Source of the DNA: an uncultured Chloroflexia bacterium
GTDB taxonomy: Bacteria > Chloroflexota > Dehalococcoidia > DSTF01 > JALHUB01
Assembly: GCA_963726245.1 (NCBI GenBank)
Contig: CAVSBT010000019.1
Location: forward strand, 64,001-128,000
Length of the DNA stretch: 64,000 bases
Reading direction: 5' to 3'
Of this stretch, positions 40,101 through 51,381 are shown piece by piece (position 1 is the stretch's first letter; the number at the start of each line of letters is the position of its first letter). The notes beneath the pieces were generated by a model. It ran no database searches, was not told the origin of the DNA, and saw only the letters and a program-made list of their open reading frames with translations. The translations under genes were made by a program, and so were the position numbers.

Positions 40101-41049
40101 GCCCCTGCTGTTCAAGAAGTTCGCGCGTTTGCACGAAGACAGCGGGCACGGATTATCGAGCACCGGCCTGGGCCTTGCCATCTGTAAGGGGCTCATCGAG
40201 GCGCATGGCGGGCGCATCTGGGCAGATAGCGCCGGAGAGGGCCATGGGACCACCTTCAGCTTCACGCTGCCGGTCGCCGCCCGGGACGTAAGCGTCGCGC
40301 CTGCCAGCGTCGAGCGGGGACCCGTCCAAACGCAGAGGGTCACCCGGCCCAGTGAGCGGACGCGCGTCCTCGCCGTAGACGATGAGCCGCATATCCTGCG
40401 CTATCTCCAGCGTTCCCTCAGTGAGGCAGGGTACCAGGCGATAGTGACCGGCGATCCTTCGGATGTCGTGGGACTCGTGGAGCTGGAGGAGCCGGACCTG
40501 GTCGTGCTAGACCTCAGGCTTCCGGGCACGAGCGGGTTCGAGCTGCTCCAGCGCATCCGGGAGCTTTCGCAGGTGCCGGTCATCTTCCTCACCGCCAGTG
40601 GCCGCGAGGAGGATGCGGTGCAGGCCCTCAAGTCGGGCGCGGATGACTACATCACCAAGCCTTTCTCGCCCTCTGAGCTGCTCGCCCGAATCGAGGCCGT
40701 TCTCAGGCGCAGGGCAGCGGCCGGCGAGACCGAGGCGCGGCACCCCCTGGCGTTCGGCGACCTGACCATCAACTTCGCAGAGCGTGAGGTGACGCTGGCG
40801 GGCCAGCCGGTCTCCCTCTCCGCTACCGAGTACAAGCTGCTCTACGAGCTGGCAACCCACGCGGGGAGGGTGCTCACCTACGACCAGATCCTCCAGCGCG
40901 TGTGGGGGCCCGAGTACTCGGGTGAGACCGAGCTGGTGCGCTCCTTCATCCGCAACCTTCGTCGCAAGCTGGGCGAAGACGCCCGCAATCCCCGGTTCGT
41001 ATTGACGGAGCGCCAGGTCGGCTACAGGATGCCCAAGCCCCAGGGTTAG
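37172..41049 (+). CDS. Cytoplasmic multi-PAS/GAF hybrid histidine kinase fused to REC and OmpR-type winged-helix domain (indels near 37575 and 39135)
   Basis: Repeated PAS/PAC (DITERK), GAF (GRGPTGTAIRTG), THELKTPL, NLLTNAAKF, GLGLAIC, VDDE..DL.LP..KPF, LSATEYKLL..VWG..NLRRKLG. Confidence 0.85.
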
Positions 41050-41339
41050 GCCGACTCCCTCTCTCCAACCTTCACGCCGTTTTCATGAACCAGGCCCACG
41101 TCTTCATACTCGCTACACAGGCCGGGGCGAAAATGCTTCTTGGCCTCGCGGTGAGGGCGACGCTCTGATGTCGGCTCACACCAGGCCGGTGAAAGCGCGG
41201 TGGTTCGCGAGAGGACAGGCGGCTTCTCCTCGCGGACAAGAGTTCGCCGGCAAGCAGGGCCAGGGGGGATGTTATTAGCGGGCCCCGACCTGCGGAGGGA
41301 GGGTTGGACCCACGGCTTGCGGAAGCCACGGGTCGAGAC

Positions 41340-41789
41340 ATGATGGCGACAGCAGCTCTCCGGGAGGTCCGGGTGGAGATCAGGCCCGACAAAGGCCGGC
41401 GGCGGGTTCTGGTGGTAGAGGATGACGACGGCGTGGCGGGTATGCTCGCCATATGCCTGGCGGCAGGCGGGTTCCAGGCCTCCAGAGTCGCCTTCGGCGG
41501 CGAGGCGCTCGCCATCCTGGAGCGCGAGCCGATCGATGCCGTCGTCCTCGACCTCTCCCTCCCGGATGGTCTTGGGAAAGCGGTACTGGACCGGCTGCGT
41601 GAGCCCGGCAGTTGCTCCCCGGCCTACCTGGTCATCTCCGCCCTCGAGCGTGGAGAGGTGATGAGTAAGTTCGGGCCCCCGCGGGAGAGATTCGTGCCCA
41701 AGCCCTTTGACCCTTGGGTTCTCATCGGGAAGCTGGAGGAGCTGTTGAAAGGGTCGGAACAATTGCCGACAGAAGGAGAGTCAGGATGA
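41340..41789 (+). CDS. Single-domain response regulator
   Basis: VLVVEDD, VVLDLSLPDG, VISA, PKPF. Confidence 0.82.
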   Translation: MMATAALREVRVEIRPDKGRRRVLVVEDDDGVAGMLAICLAAGGFQASRVAFGGEALAILEREPIDAVVLDLSLPDGLGKAVLDRLREPGSCSPAYLVISALERGEVMSKFGPPRERFVPKPFDPWVLIGKLEELLKGSEQLPTEGESG

Positions 41790-42056
41790 CCCTGGCAGTT
41801 CGAGAGCCGGTCAGCGCAGTCAGTGACGACGACCTCCTTCACTTCGCCATCAAGTGGGTCAAAGAGAACCGAGAGGATGGGTCCGGACTTCGTGTCGGAG
41901 GTGGCGGTGGTCCTCGAAATACTAAGGTCTGAGATGCGAGAGCCGCCCTCCCTGGTCGAGAGCTACGGATAGCTCGTGCGCATGTTTACAGCGATGGACG
42001 CCATGCCCATAGGAGAACGGCGATGCTCACGTGGAGCCGCACCCGCGAAAGGAGAA

Positions 42057-42262
42057 TGATGATGGTCTGGCCAAAGGCGTGCCCCCATTGCCACGGAGAT
42101 CTCATTCGCGACCTGGACCTGGACGGACCCTACGTGGGCTGTATCCAGTGCGGCCGCGCCCTGAACGAATCGCAGGAGCGCACGCTGCTGGGACTGTCCA
42201 CCACCCGCTCCAACGGGAAGATTACGACCTCCTGGTCACGAGCGGGAAACCGAGCCGCGTAG
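42057..42262 (+). CDS. Small zinc-ribbon protein
   Basis: SD AAGGAG; KACPHCHGDL...CIQCG. Confidence 0.7.
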
Positions 42263-42310
42263 TCTGTGGAGTACCGTAGCCCGCAAACGCTTGCAGTCGG
42301 CCGTGCTATA

Positions 42311-42685
42311 ATGCTCCCAACTACAGCCGGGAGGGAGCTTCTGGGCGGAGCCGACCTCGCGCGACACATGGTTGACCTGCTGGCCGAGAAGCAGGCGGAG
42401 GACGTCCTGCTTCTCGACATAAGCAAGGTCACGACCTTCGCCGACTACTTCGTCATCGCCTCGGTACCGAACGTTCGCCAGATGCAGGCCCTGCGGGACG
42501 CCCTGGACGAGGCCCTGGACCGCGACGGCCACGGCCCCGTCCGCAGCGAGGGCGACATCGACTCCGGCTGGGTGCTGGTCGACGCGGGCGACGTCATCAT
42601 CCACCTCTTCTCGCCGGAGCAGCGCGCCTACTATGACATCGAGCGGCTGTGGAGCAGCGGCACGCCGGTGGTGCGCATCCAGTAG
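42311..42685 (+). CDS. rsfS: Ribosomal silencing factor (start uncertain)
   Basis: EKQAEDV..LD, ADYFVIAS, GWVLVD.GDVIIHLF..R.YYDIE.LW. Confidence 0.92.
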   Translation: MLPTTAGRELLGGADLARHMVDLLAEKQAEDVLLLDISKVTTFADYFVIASVPNVRQMQALRDALDEALDRDGHGPVRSEGDIDSGWVLVDAGDVIIHLFSPEQRAYYDIERLWSSGTPVVRIQ

Positions 42686-42704
42686 CCCTTCCTCTACCCC
42701 TCGC

Positions 42705-43154
42705 CTATTCCACCAGCCAGCGGTCAATGGCTCGCTCGTAGCTAAGGATATCGGCTTCTCCGAAGAAGATGGGGATCTCCTTGGCTGCGCTCTCCGGCGA
42801 GTCTGAGCCGTGTACCATGTTGCGGCTGATCTCCAGTCCCAGGTCGCCGCGGATGCTGCCGGGCGCGGCCGCCGAGGGCGCCGTCTCGCCCATCGTGCGA
42901 CGGACGGCCTCGATGGCGTGGGGCCCCTCGAGGACGGCGGCTATGATTGGGCAGGAGGTGATGTAGGAGACCAGCCCTTTGAAGAACGGCTTCCCTTCGT
43001 GCACCGAGTAGAGCCGGCGGGCCTGGGCCTCGTCCACCTGGAGCAGGCGCAGGGCGGCGATGCGCAGCCCGCGGCCTTCCAGGCGCCTCAGCACCTCCAT
43101 GGCCAGGCCTCTCTGAATGGCATCCGGTTTGACCAGGACCAGGGTTCTCTCCAT
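42705..43154 (-). CDS. ndk: Nucleoside diphosphate kinase
   Basis: ERTLVLVKPDA, PGSIRGD, NMVHGSDS. Confidence 0.96.
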   Translation of the reverse strand: MERTLVLVKPDAIQRGLAMEVLRRLEGRGLRIAALRLLQVDEAQARRLYSVHEGKPFFKGLVSYITSCPIIAAVLEGPHAIEAVRRTMGETAPSAAAPGSIRGDLGLEISRNMVHGSDSPESAAKEIPIFFGEADILSYERAIDRWLVE

Positions 43155-43175
43155 TTAGCTCTTCTCCTCTTGTGC

Positions 43176-43857
43176 TCAGTCGCCGCTCTTCTGGGGCCCG
43201 ATGGCGGGCTCTCGTAGGTAGAGGGGAACCAGGCTGCGCGGGTCGTCGCTGAGGCCGGCGGCCAGGCGGCGCCAGCCCAGGCTGGCCAGGTGGCTCGGTC
43301 GACGCAGGGCGGCCGCCATCCTTGCCGGCTCGACGCCTCGCTGGGCGAGCTCCGGCGCCAGCCGTTCGATGTCCTCGCCGCAGAAGAGGGCGTCCGCAGG
43401 CGCCAGCCGCGGCAGGTCGTCGATGGGGCTGAGTCGCGGCGGCGACAGCTCCTGCCACTCGGAGGCAGGGCCCGCTGTAGAGCGCCCAGGCGACCTCCCG
43501 CCGCCCGGCCAGGTGCAGCGGGCAGATGGGGCCGGAATGCGGGTGCGAGCTGTGGGCGTAGGCCTCCACCTCCAGCCGTCCGACGCCTACCAGCGGGATG
43601 TCCAGCGCGAACGCGAGGCCCTTGGCGGTGCTGACGCCCACCCTCAGGCTGGCGTAGCCGCCGGGGCCGGTGCAGACGAAGACGGCCGTCAGTTGCTCTT
43701 TCGAAACCCCCGTGCGCTCCAGGAGCCCCTGGACGGCCGGCATGAGCTCCACCGAGTGCCGGCGCGGGCAGTGCCAGGTCAGCTCGGCGAGGGTACGCCC
43801 TTCCTCAGATAGGGCGATGCCCGCCCAGTCGCTCGCTGTGTCCAGTGATAGCTCCAC
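43176..43857 (-). CDS. tsaB: tRNA t6A biosynthesis protein TsaB (indels in the 3' half)
   Basis: LSLDTA, HSVELMP, GPGGYASLRVG, C-terminal L.PLYLREP. Confidence 0.85.
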
Positions 43858-43865
43858 AGTCTCCC

Positions 43866-44372
43866 TCAGGCGCGCCGTCGCCCGCGAGCGGCCCCGGCAG
43901 GGGACCGCTTCGTCGCTGGCGACAGGGCGCGCACCAGCTCCTCGTAGCGATGGCCGCGGGCCTCGAAGGTGAGGCGCCGGCGGCGTTCGTCTTCCCACTC
44001 CAGGCGTACCAGCAGGTGCTCGGGCGGCAGCTCGTCCCAGGCGCGCTCCGGCCACTCGACCGCCAGGACGCCGTCGGCGGCGGTCTCCTCCAGGGCCAGC
44101 TCCATGACCTCTCTTGGGTCCTCCAGCCGGTAGAGGTCGGCGTGGTACAGCTTCAGGCGTCCGCCGTATTCATTCAAGAGGACGAACGACGAGCTCTTCA
44201 CCTGGTCGGTCGCCCCCAGGCCGCGCCCGACGCCCTGCGTGAAGCAGGTCTTGCCGGTGCCCAGCTCCCCCAGGAGGAGGATGACGTCGCCGGGACGGAG
44301 GTGGCGACCGAGGCGGGCGCCGAGGCGGCGGGTAGCGGCCGGGCTGTCGCTGTCGAGGGTGAGGGGGCCCAC
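43866..44372 (-). CDS. tsaE: tRNA t6A biosynthesis ATPase
   Basis: GELGTGKT, SSSF.L.NEY, HADLYRL, VEWP. Confidence 0.93.
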   Translation of the reverse strand: MGPLTLDSDSPAATRRLGARLGRHLRPGDVILLLGELGTGKTCFTQGVGRGLGATDQVKSSSFVLLNEYGGRLKLYHADLYRLEDPREVMELALEETAADGVLAVEWPERAWDELPPEHLLVRLEWEDERRRRLTFEARGHRYEELVRALSPATKRSPAGAARGRRRA

Positions 44373-45436
44373 TAGCGCCGCCGCTCCCGGCTGGCGAAAT
44401 GGTCCCAACCGGCCTCCGCCAGGTCTATCTCTCGGCCGCGGCTGTCCACGACACGCGGCCGGTGCGGCTCCCCCGCCACCATCTCGCCGATGATCGTCAG
44501 CGGCACGTTCACCTTGCCTCGCAGCTCCTCGAGGGTTGCAGCGGGCCCGGTCAGCAGCAGCTCGTAGTCCTCGCCGCCGGCGGCGGCCAGGGCTGTCGCC
44601 TCCTTGGGAAAGGCGCGGCGCAGTTCGTCGCTGACCGGCAGGCGGTCGGCGTGGACCACCGCTCCCAGGCCGCTCAGCTCACAGACGTGGCCCAGGTCCT
44701 GTACCAGGCCGTCGCTGATGTCGATGGCGCAGCGTAGGCCCGCGGCGACGGCGGCGCGGCCCAGCTCGACGGGCGGGTCGGGCCGCAGGTGGGCGCGCCG
44801 CAGGCGCTCCGCCGCCTCCGGTGGGCAGTCCACGCTGCTGGTGAGGAGGCGCAGCCCTCCCGCCGAGTCGCCCAGGTGCCCGCTGACGGCGACGGCGTCG
44901 CCGGCGCGGGCGCCGTCGCGACGCAGCAGGAGCGGCGTGCCGTCGCCGGCCGTGGAGGGGCGGCCGCTGAGGGCGACGGTGACAATGAACTGGGCGGCGC
45001 GCACGACATCGCCGCCCGCCACCACCACGCCGAAGCGCCGCCCGGCCTCGGCGAGGCCACGGTAGAAGTCCAGGGCGTCCTCGACCCGGAACTCGCCGGG
45101 GAGGGCGAGGGTGATGAGGGCGTACTCGGGCGTGCCGCCCATCGCGGCCACGTCGCTGACGTTGATGGCGAGGGCCTTCCAGCCCAGGTCCTTCCAGGGA
45201 GCGCCGGGCGGGAAGTGGACCCCTTCCACCAGGGTGTCGGTGGTCGCGATCTGCGCCGTCGATGGGCTCACCCAGACGGCGGCGTCGTCGCCGATGCCCA
45301 GCAGGAGGCGGGAGCCGGCGGGCTGCATCGCCAGCGCCTCGTGCTGGTCGCCCAGCTCTTCCTGGAGGCGGGCTATGAGGGCGAATTCGCCGAGCTCGGA
45401 GACCCTACGGGCGTCTGCCCTGCGCGCACGTGCCAT
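44372..45436 (-). CDS. thiL: Thiamine-monophosphate kinase
   Basis: GEFALI, GIGDDAA, NVSDVAAMGG, GGD, DISDGL, GGEDYEL. Confidence 0.95.
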   Translation of the reverse strand: MARARRADARRVSELGEFALIARLQEELGDQHEALAMQPAGSRLLLGIGDDAAVWVSPSTAQIATTDTLVEGVHFPPGAPWKDLGWKALAINVSDVAAMGGTPEYALITLALPGEFRVEDALDFYRGLAEAGRRFGVVVAGGDVVRAAQFIVTVALSGRPSTAGDGTPLLLRRDGARAGDAVAVSGHLGDSAGGLRLLTSSVDCPPEAAERLRRAHLRPDPPVELGRAAVAAGLRCAIDISDGLVQDLGHVCELSGLGAVVHADRLPVSDELRRAFPKEATALAAAGGEDYELLLTGPAATLEELRGKVNVPLTIIGEMVAGEPHRPRVVDSRGREIDLAEAGWDHFASRERRR

Positions 45437-45525
45437 CACGGGCACGATTATAGCCTTGCCCAGAGGGCGCCCACAATGCGAAGGGTGGGCGGCCGGAGGG
45501 ACAGGCTGATATAGTGGACAGAGCG

Positions 45526-46259
45526 ATGCGGATAGTCATCGTCGCCGATATCCACTCCAACCTGGAGGCCTTCGAGGCGGTGCTGGCGCACGCCGCTGGC
45601 GGGCCCATCGACCGCCTCTGGTGCCTGGGGGACGTCGTGGGCTACGCGGCGGACCCCGCGGCCTGCATCGCCCTCCTGCGGCGCTACCCGCACACGGCGG
45701 TGGTCGGCAACCACGACCTGGCGGCCATCGGCGGAGCTGGGTACCGGCGATTTCAACCCCGTGGCCGCTCAAGCTGCGGCCTGGACGGGCGAGCGTCTCT
45801 CGGCGGACGAGCGCCAGTACCTCTCCTCGCTGCCCCTCGTGGTGGTGGAGGACGACTTCACTCTGGTGCACGGCAGCCTGCGCCAGCCCGAGTGGGAGTA
45901 TCTGCTCTCCGCCGAGGCCGCGGCGGAGCACCTCCGGCTCCAGGAGACGCCCTACAGCCTGGTGGGCCACTCGCACGTCCCCTTTGTCGTGGTGGAGAAC
46001 GAGGGGTCGCCTGCCGACCATGACTCCGTTGGAGGACGGCGACGTGGTCAGGCTGGGCGAAGGCCGGCTCATCATCAACCCGGGCGGCGTGGGACAGCCG
46101 CGGGACGGCGATCGCCCGCGCTTCCTACGCCGTGTACGATACCAAGGCCCGCACGATCACCCTGCACCGCGTGAGTACGATCTGGAGAGGGCCCAGCGCA
46201 AGATACGGGAGGCCGGCCTGCCTCCCTACCTGGCCGAGCGGCTGGCGCACGGCCGGTAG
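45526..46259 (+). CDS. Calcineurin-like metallophosphoesterase (several indels)
   Basis: DIHSN, GDVVGY, GNHD, HGS, GHSH, NPG.VGQPRDG. Confidence 0.88.
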
Positions 46260-46277
46260 GCGTGCGCTGGGGAGGTG

Positions 46278-49200
46278 TTACTGGAGGCTTTCTGCCCGCT
46301 TGATCCAGCCGGTCATGCCCAGGGCACGGAACTGCTGCAGGGCGGCGTCCAGCAAGGGAGAAGCCCGCTCCCTATCGCCGGGGGCGCCGCGGCGGATGTA
46401 CATCAGCGCCTCGTCGAAGTCGGTGATGGCGCGAAGAGGGCGGGCGCCCTGCTCTTCGAGGACGGCGCGGGCCCTGGCGAACCACTCGACCGCCTCGTCG
46501 TGGCGGCCCTGGAGGGCGCAGAGACATGCCATGGACCGCCGCGAGTCCTGCATGGGGTAGCGGAAGTCGGGCTCAACAACCTTCTCTCGCAGGTTTCGCT
46601 CGATGACCTCGATGTGGTCGACGCGCTCCAGGAGCCAGAGGGTCTCGACGGCGAGACAGGCGACCACTGTGTAATTCGCTGCCCAGCCCGGTGCCCGCTC
46701 CAGCGGGGCCATCAGCGTTCCCAGCCAGTGCAGAGCCTCCTCTGTTCGTTCCAACCGGGCGCAGACGGCGGCAGCGTTCGCTCGAATGGCGGCAAAGACC
46801 CACTGGTACTCTGGCGCCCGCTGTTGCAGAGTGATTTGCACCGCGCGGAGGTAGTCCTCCCACTTAACTTCCAGCCGGGCGGTGGCCATCTCAAACCTGG
46901 CAGCAGCCTAGTTGTATGACCTGCCGCGATGGACCGGCCAGCCGTCCGGCCAGCGCCGATCCCCGATCGTAGCCGGCCTGCGCCGCAGCGAAGTCGCCGA
47001 GGGCATTGTGGCAGCGGGCCGCCTGCGCCCAGTGAAACACAGCCCAAGCGATCTGCCCCTGTTGCTCCGCCCGGACGGCCTGCTCTTGCCAGAGGGGCAG
47101 GCTACGGCGGAACTCGCCCGCCCAGAACGTCAGGAACACCGAGTCGTCACTGGCGTGCGTTAGGACATCTTCTCTCGAAGAGAAAGGCGTGAAAGACCCG
47201 AGGGCTTCGCGCTCCTCGGCTGGCAGATCCGGCACGATGCGCGCCACTTCACGGCGCTCGGGCCTATCCAGCGGGATGCCAAGGTCGTCGGGGTCCTCTG
47301 CCTCCTGACGCAGAAGATCCACCGCCATGAGCCAGGCCCATGTGCGGTCCCGGCGCGCCGCCGCGTACCCCACTCCCTGTTCGGCCAGCGCCCACGCACC
47401 ACGAATGAACCCGGCAAGAAACATCACCCGTACTGCCTCCGCCAGGTAGTCGGCCGCCGCGTCCGCGCCCTCAGATTCAGCGATGAGGTGGCCGGCCTTG
47501 CTCGCCGCCCTTAGAGCCTCGTCGAAGTCGAGCGCCCAGCCCAAAGCCAGCCCGAGGCGACCAAGCAGGCGAGGTCGCCGCTGATCCTGCGCCGGCAGCA
47601 GATCCAGGGCGATACGCAGGAAGACGGCTGACTCGTCGCAAGCGTAGGCCGCCTCCGCCCGGTCGGCCGCCGCCAGGGCGTGGGCGACGCCGCGCTCGGC
47701 GCCGGGGAGGGCCGCGCTGCGATGATATTGATAGGCCAGCTCCGCCGCGTGGTCAGCCGCCTCGATCACCGTAGGAACGCTCCATCGCCTCGGCAATCTG
47801 GCGGTGCAGCCGCACCTGCCGTGAGGGGCTCAGCTCGCCGTAGAGGGTGTGGCGGATGAGGGCATGGGTGAAGTCGTAGGTGTCTGCTTCGCCGCCCGGC
47901 CTCAGGAGCTGCACCGCCAGGGACTCGTCGACGGCGTCGAGGGCCGCTGTCTCCTCAAGGCCCGCCACGCTCGCAGCGATGTCGAAGGGGAAGAGACCGT
48001 TGAACGCCGACGCCACGGTGAGCAGGCGGTTTGCGTCCTCGGAGAGGCGTGAGACACGCCGGCCGATGACCTGGCGCACGCCCTCCGGTATGCCCATCTC
48101 GGCGATTGATAGGTTTGTCGTCCACTGGCCCTTTTCGCGGTAGATCTTCCCCTCCTCCACCAGGTGCGCCAGGACCTCGCGGATGAAGAAGGGGTTGCCG
48201 TCGGTCTCGGCGCTGATGGCGCTCACGAGGGCGTCCGGGACATCCTGTTCCGCCAGACTCGCCAGGAGCTGACCTACCTCCTGCGTGTCAAGGCCCTTGA
48301 GCAGGATGCGCTCGTAGTTCGTCTCCCGGCGCAGGGCGCCCAGGGCATCGGCCAGCGGATGCTGGCGGTCCAGCTCCACGTCCCGGTAGGCGCCGAGGAG
48401 CAGGATCCGGTTGCGGGGCGCGAAGCGGGCCACGTGCCGCAGCATGGCGATAGTCCCCCTGTCCGCCCAGTGCAGGTCGTCCAGCACCAGCACCACTGGC
48501 GCCCGCGTCGACGCCCCGATGAGGAACTGGGAGACGGCGTCGAGCAGGCGGAAGCGCTCCTCGTCGGGTTGGAGGCTCGCGGGCTCTGGGATGTCGGGCA
48601 GGCTGTTCCGCAGCTCCGGCACCACGCGGGCGATGGGACCTGCGCCAGCGCCCAGGTCGTGGCGCAGCTCGCGGGGATCGGCAGAGCGGCTGTACTCGCT
48701 GATGGCCTCGGCGAAGGGGCCGTAGGGCGGCGCCCACTCGCCTTCGTAGCAGCGGCCCCAGAGGATGACTGTGCCCTCCTTGCGGGCGGCCTCGGCGCAC
48801 TCCTCGGCGAGGCGTGTCTTGCCGATGCCGGGCTCGCCAACGAGCATCACCAGCCCGCCGTGGCCAGCGCGGGCCTCTCCGAGCTTCTGGCTCAGCTTCC
48901 CGACTTCGGCGGACCGGCCGACGAACGGCGTATGGACCAGCAGGGCCGCCGGCTGGTCGACATCGTACAGGACCTCGCAGGCGGCAACGGGCTCAGCGAT
49001 CCCTTTCAGCTCCAACTGACCGCAGTCGCGGAACGCTGAAGGCCTGGCGGCCCGAGAGCAGACCTGCTACGAGGGAGCTACACAGGATCTGCCCGGCCTC
49101 GGCGCGGTCGCACAGGCGCCTGGCGACAACGACGGGCGTCCCGAAGTAGTCGGTCTCCTCCCGCAGCGCCTCGCCCACGTTCAGGCCCACCCTGACCTCG

Positions 49201-49475
49201 AGGCGCTCGCCGAGGGTGGGCCGGCGGGCAGCCTGCTGCATGGCGATAGCGCAGCGTACCGCATCTGCCGCCGAAGGGAAGGCTACCATCAGGCCATCGC
49301 CGAGCCACTTCACCTGGTGGCCACCGCTGGCGGCGACGGCCTCTTGGAGCAGCCTGTGATGGGCCTGGAATATGCGCTGCGCGCTCTCGTCCCCGACCCT
49401 CTGGAGCAGCTCGGTCGAGCTGACGAGGTCGGTGAAGAGGATGGTGGTCGTGGCCGTACGCGGCCGGGTAGTCAT
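46278..49475 (-). CDS. Class III nucleotide cyclase + STAND/AAA ATPase + helical-repeat protein (three apparent indels)
   Basis: ILFTDLV.ST and KWLGDG cyclase motifs; GEPGIGKT, LDDLHWAD, GNPFF; TPR-like C-terminus across ORFs 48993, 47753, 46891, 46278. Confidence 0.82.
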
Positions 49476-49697
49476 GGCGAACGGATTATAGCAGGTGCCG
49501 GGATGCTCGTGTGTTGCGCTCGGGAATCTCGCGCCTCAAGTCCGTCCGGTCTTGTTAGACACGGCCCTGTCGTTGAATGAAGCCGCGATCCCACTCTCGA
49601 CTCATCGTGGCAAGACGGGCCGTGGCGCGCTACACTGTGAAGGCTGCCGACGATGACGGCATTGCGGCAGCAAGGAGCTGGACTGCGACTTCAAGAC

Positions 49698-50735
49698 ATG
49701 AGAGGGCGCGCCGTGAAGGTGTTGATAGCCATCGGCCTGGAGGAGGCGCTGGTGGAGCAGGTGCGCGCCGTCGACCCGCGCCTGGAGGTGACCGTCCTCG
49801 ACCGTGACGCGGCCTGGCTGCTCCGGGGCCGGCCGCTGCCGCCCGAGGTGGATGCCGAGGCCGCCGAGCGGCGCCTGGACGCCGCCCTGGCGGAGACCGA
49901 GGTGCTCTACGGCTTCCCTCCCTCGCCGGAGCGGGCCGGCGAGCTCCAGGCCCGGGCGCCGCGGCTGCGCTGGTTCCAGGCGGCCAGCGCCGGCGTCGAC
50001 CGGCTGGAGCGCGGGGGCTTCTTGGGGCGGCAGGTCGTGGTCACCAACTCGAGCGGCGTTCACGCTACGCCCGTCGGTGAGTACGTCCTGATGGTGATGC
50101 TGATGTTCGCCAAGGGGGCGCATCGCCTTCTGCGCGCCCAGGCCGAGAGGCGCTGGACTCGGCTGCTTCCCGCGGAGCTGCGAGGCAAGACGGTGGGAGT
50201 GGTAGGCATGGGTCACATCGGGACGGAGGTGGCGCGGCTGTCCCGGGCTGCCGGCTGCCGGGTGCTGGCCATCCGGCGCTCGGCGCTGGAGCGGCGCCCC
50301 GGCCGGCCGCCGGCCGACGAGGTGCTGCCGCCCTCTGACCTTCCGTACCTGCTGTCGGAGAGCGACTACGTGGTGCTGGCGGTGCCCCTCACCCAGCAAA
50401 CGCGGCATCTCATCGGTCCCGAGGAGTTGCGGGCCATGAAGCCGACGGCGGTGCTCATCAACATCTCCCGCGGCGCTGTCGTGGACGAGGAGGCCCTGGT
50501 GCAGGCCCTGAAGGAGGGCTGGATCGGAGGCGCCGGCCTGGACGTTTTCGAGCGAGAGCCCTTGCCGGAGGACAGCGAGCTGTGGGGCATGGAGAACGTG
50601 ATCCTCACCCCGCACATCTCCGGTGGGACGGAGCGCTACTTCGAGAGGGCGGTGCCCATCTTCTGCGAGAACCTGCGCCGCTACCTGGAGGGCCGCCCCC
50701 TGCTGAACGTGGTGGACCCCCGGCGGGGCTACTAG
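49698..50735 (+). CDS. D-2-hydroxyacid dehydrogenase family protein
   Basis: SAGVD, VGMGHIG, NISRG, LDVFE.EP, TPHISG. Confidence 0.92.
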   Translation: MRGRAVKVLIAIGLEEALVEQVRAVDPRLEVTVLDRDAAWLLRGRPLPPEVDAEAAERRLDAALAETEVLYGFPPSPERAGELQARAPRLRWFQAASAGVDRLERGGFLGRQVVVTNSSGVHATPVGEYVLMVMLMFAKGAHRLLRAQAERRWTRLLPAELRGKTVGVVGMGHIGTEVARLSRAAGCRVLAIRRSALERRPGRPPADEVLPPSDLPYLLSESDYVVLAVPLTQQTRHLIGPEELRAMKPTAVLINISRGAVVDEEALVQALKEGWIGGAGLDVFEREPLPEDSELWGMENVILTPHISGGTERYFERAVPIFCENLRRYLEGRPLLNVVDPRRGY

Positions 50736-50751
50736 CGAGGGTCAGGGACGG

Positions 50752-51381
50752 ATGGTAGCTGAAGAAAAGGCAGGCGAAGCGACACCGGTCGCAGCGGCAG
50801 GCGGCGGCCTCGTGCTACGGTCGGCCCGCTTCTTCTACCTCACGCGCGGGCTGTGGAACCTGGCCTCGCTGGGCCTGGCCCTGGCGTTGAAGGCGCTCGC
50901 CGGCTCGTCGGTGCCGCCGTGGGCCTACGGCCTGCTGGGAGCGGTGGTGCTGGCCACCCAGGGCTGGCGCATCTGGGCGGCCGGCTTCGTGGGCCGGCCG
51001 GCCCGCGGTGGCGAGCCCGCCGGCGAGACCCTGGTCACGGCCGGCCCCTACGCCCGCCTCCGCAACCCCATGTACCTGGGGACAGTCATCGGCGTCCTGG
51101 CCTTCGCCGGCATGTCCGGCCTCTGGTACGCCGTCCTCGCCGTGGCGGTCATGCTGGGTCTGGTCTACGCCGGGGCCATCGCCTACGAGGAGGCCTTTCT
51201 CTCGGCCCGCTTCGGCGAGGAGTACCGGCGCTACCGGGAGGCTGTCCCCCGCCTCCTGCCGGCGCTCCGTGCGCGTGGCGACCGTAAGGGGCGCTTCCGC
51301 CTGGCCGACGGGCTGGCCAACGAGGGCGGCTCGCTGGTCTTCCTGCCGCTCTTCTTTGTCCTCTTCTGGTTCGTGGGCTGA
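50752..51381 (+). CDS. ICMT/PEMT-like membrane methyltransferase
   Basis: LVTAGPYA..RNPMYLG, EE.FL..RFGEEY..Y...VPR. Confidence 0.85.
   Translation: MVAEEKAGEATPVAAAGGGLVLRSARFFYLTRGLWNLASLGLALALKALAGSSVPPWAYGLLGAVVLATQGWRIWAAGFVGRPARGGEPAGETLVTAGPYARLRNPMYLGTVIGVLAFAGMSGLWYAVLAVAVMLGLVYAGAIAYEEAFLSARFGEEYRRYREAVPRLLPALRARGDRKGRFRLADGLANEGGSLVFLPLFFVLFWFVG

Noticed and set aside
41787-42020. Possible small gene after the single-domain regulator
   Set aside because: Needs a frameshift and a stop read-through to extend and has no recognisable motif
49540-49565. Integron attC-like GTTAGAC core
   Set aside because: No matching RYYYAAC inverse core, cassette array or integrase
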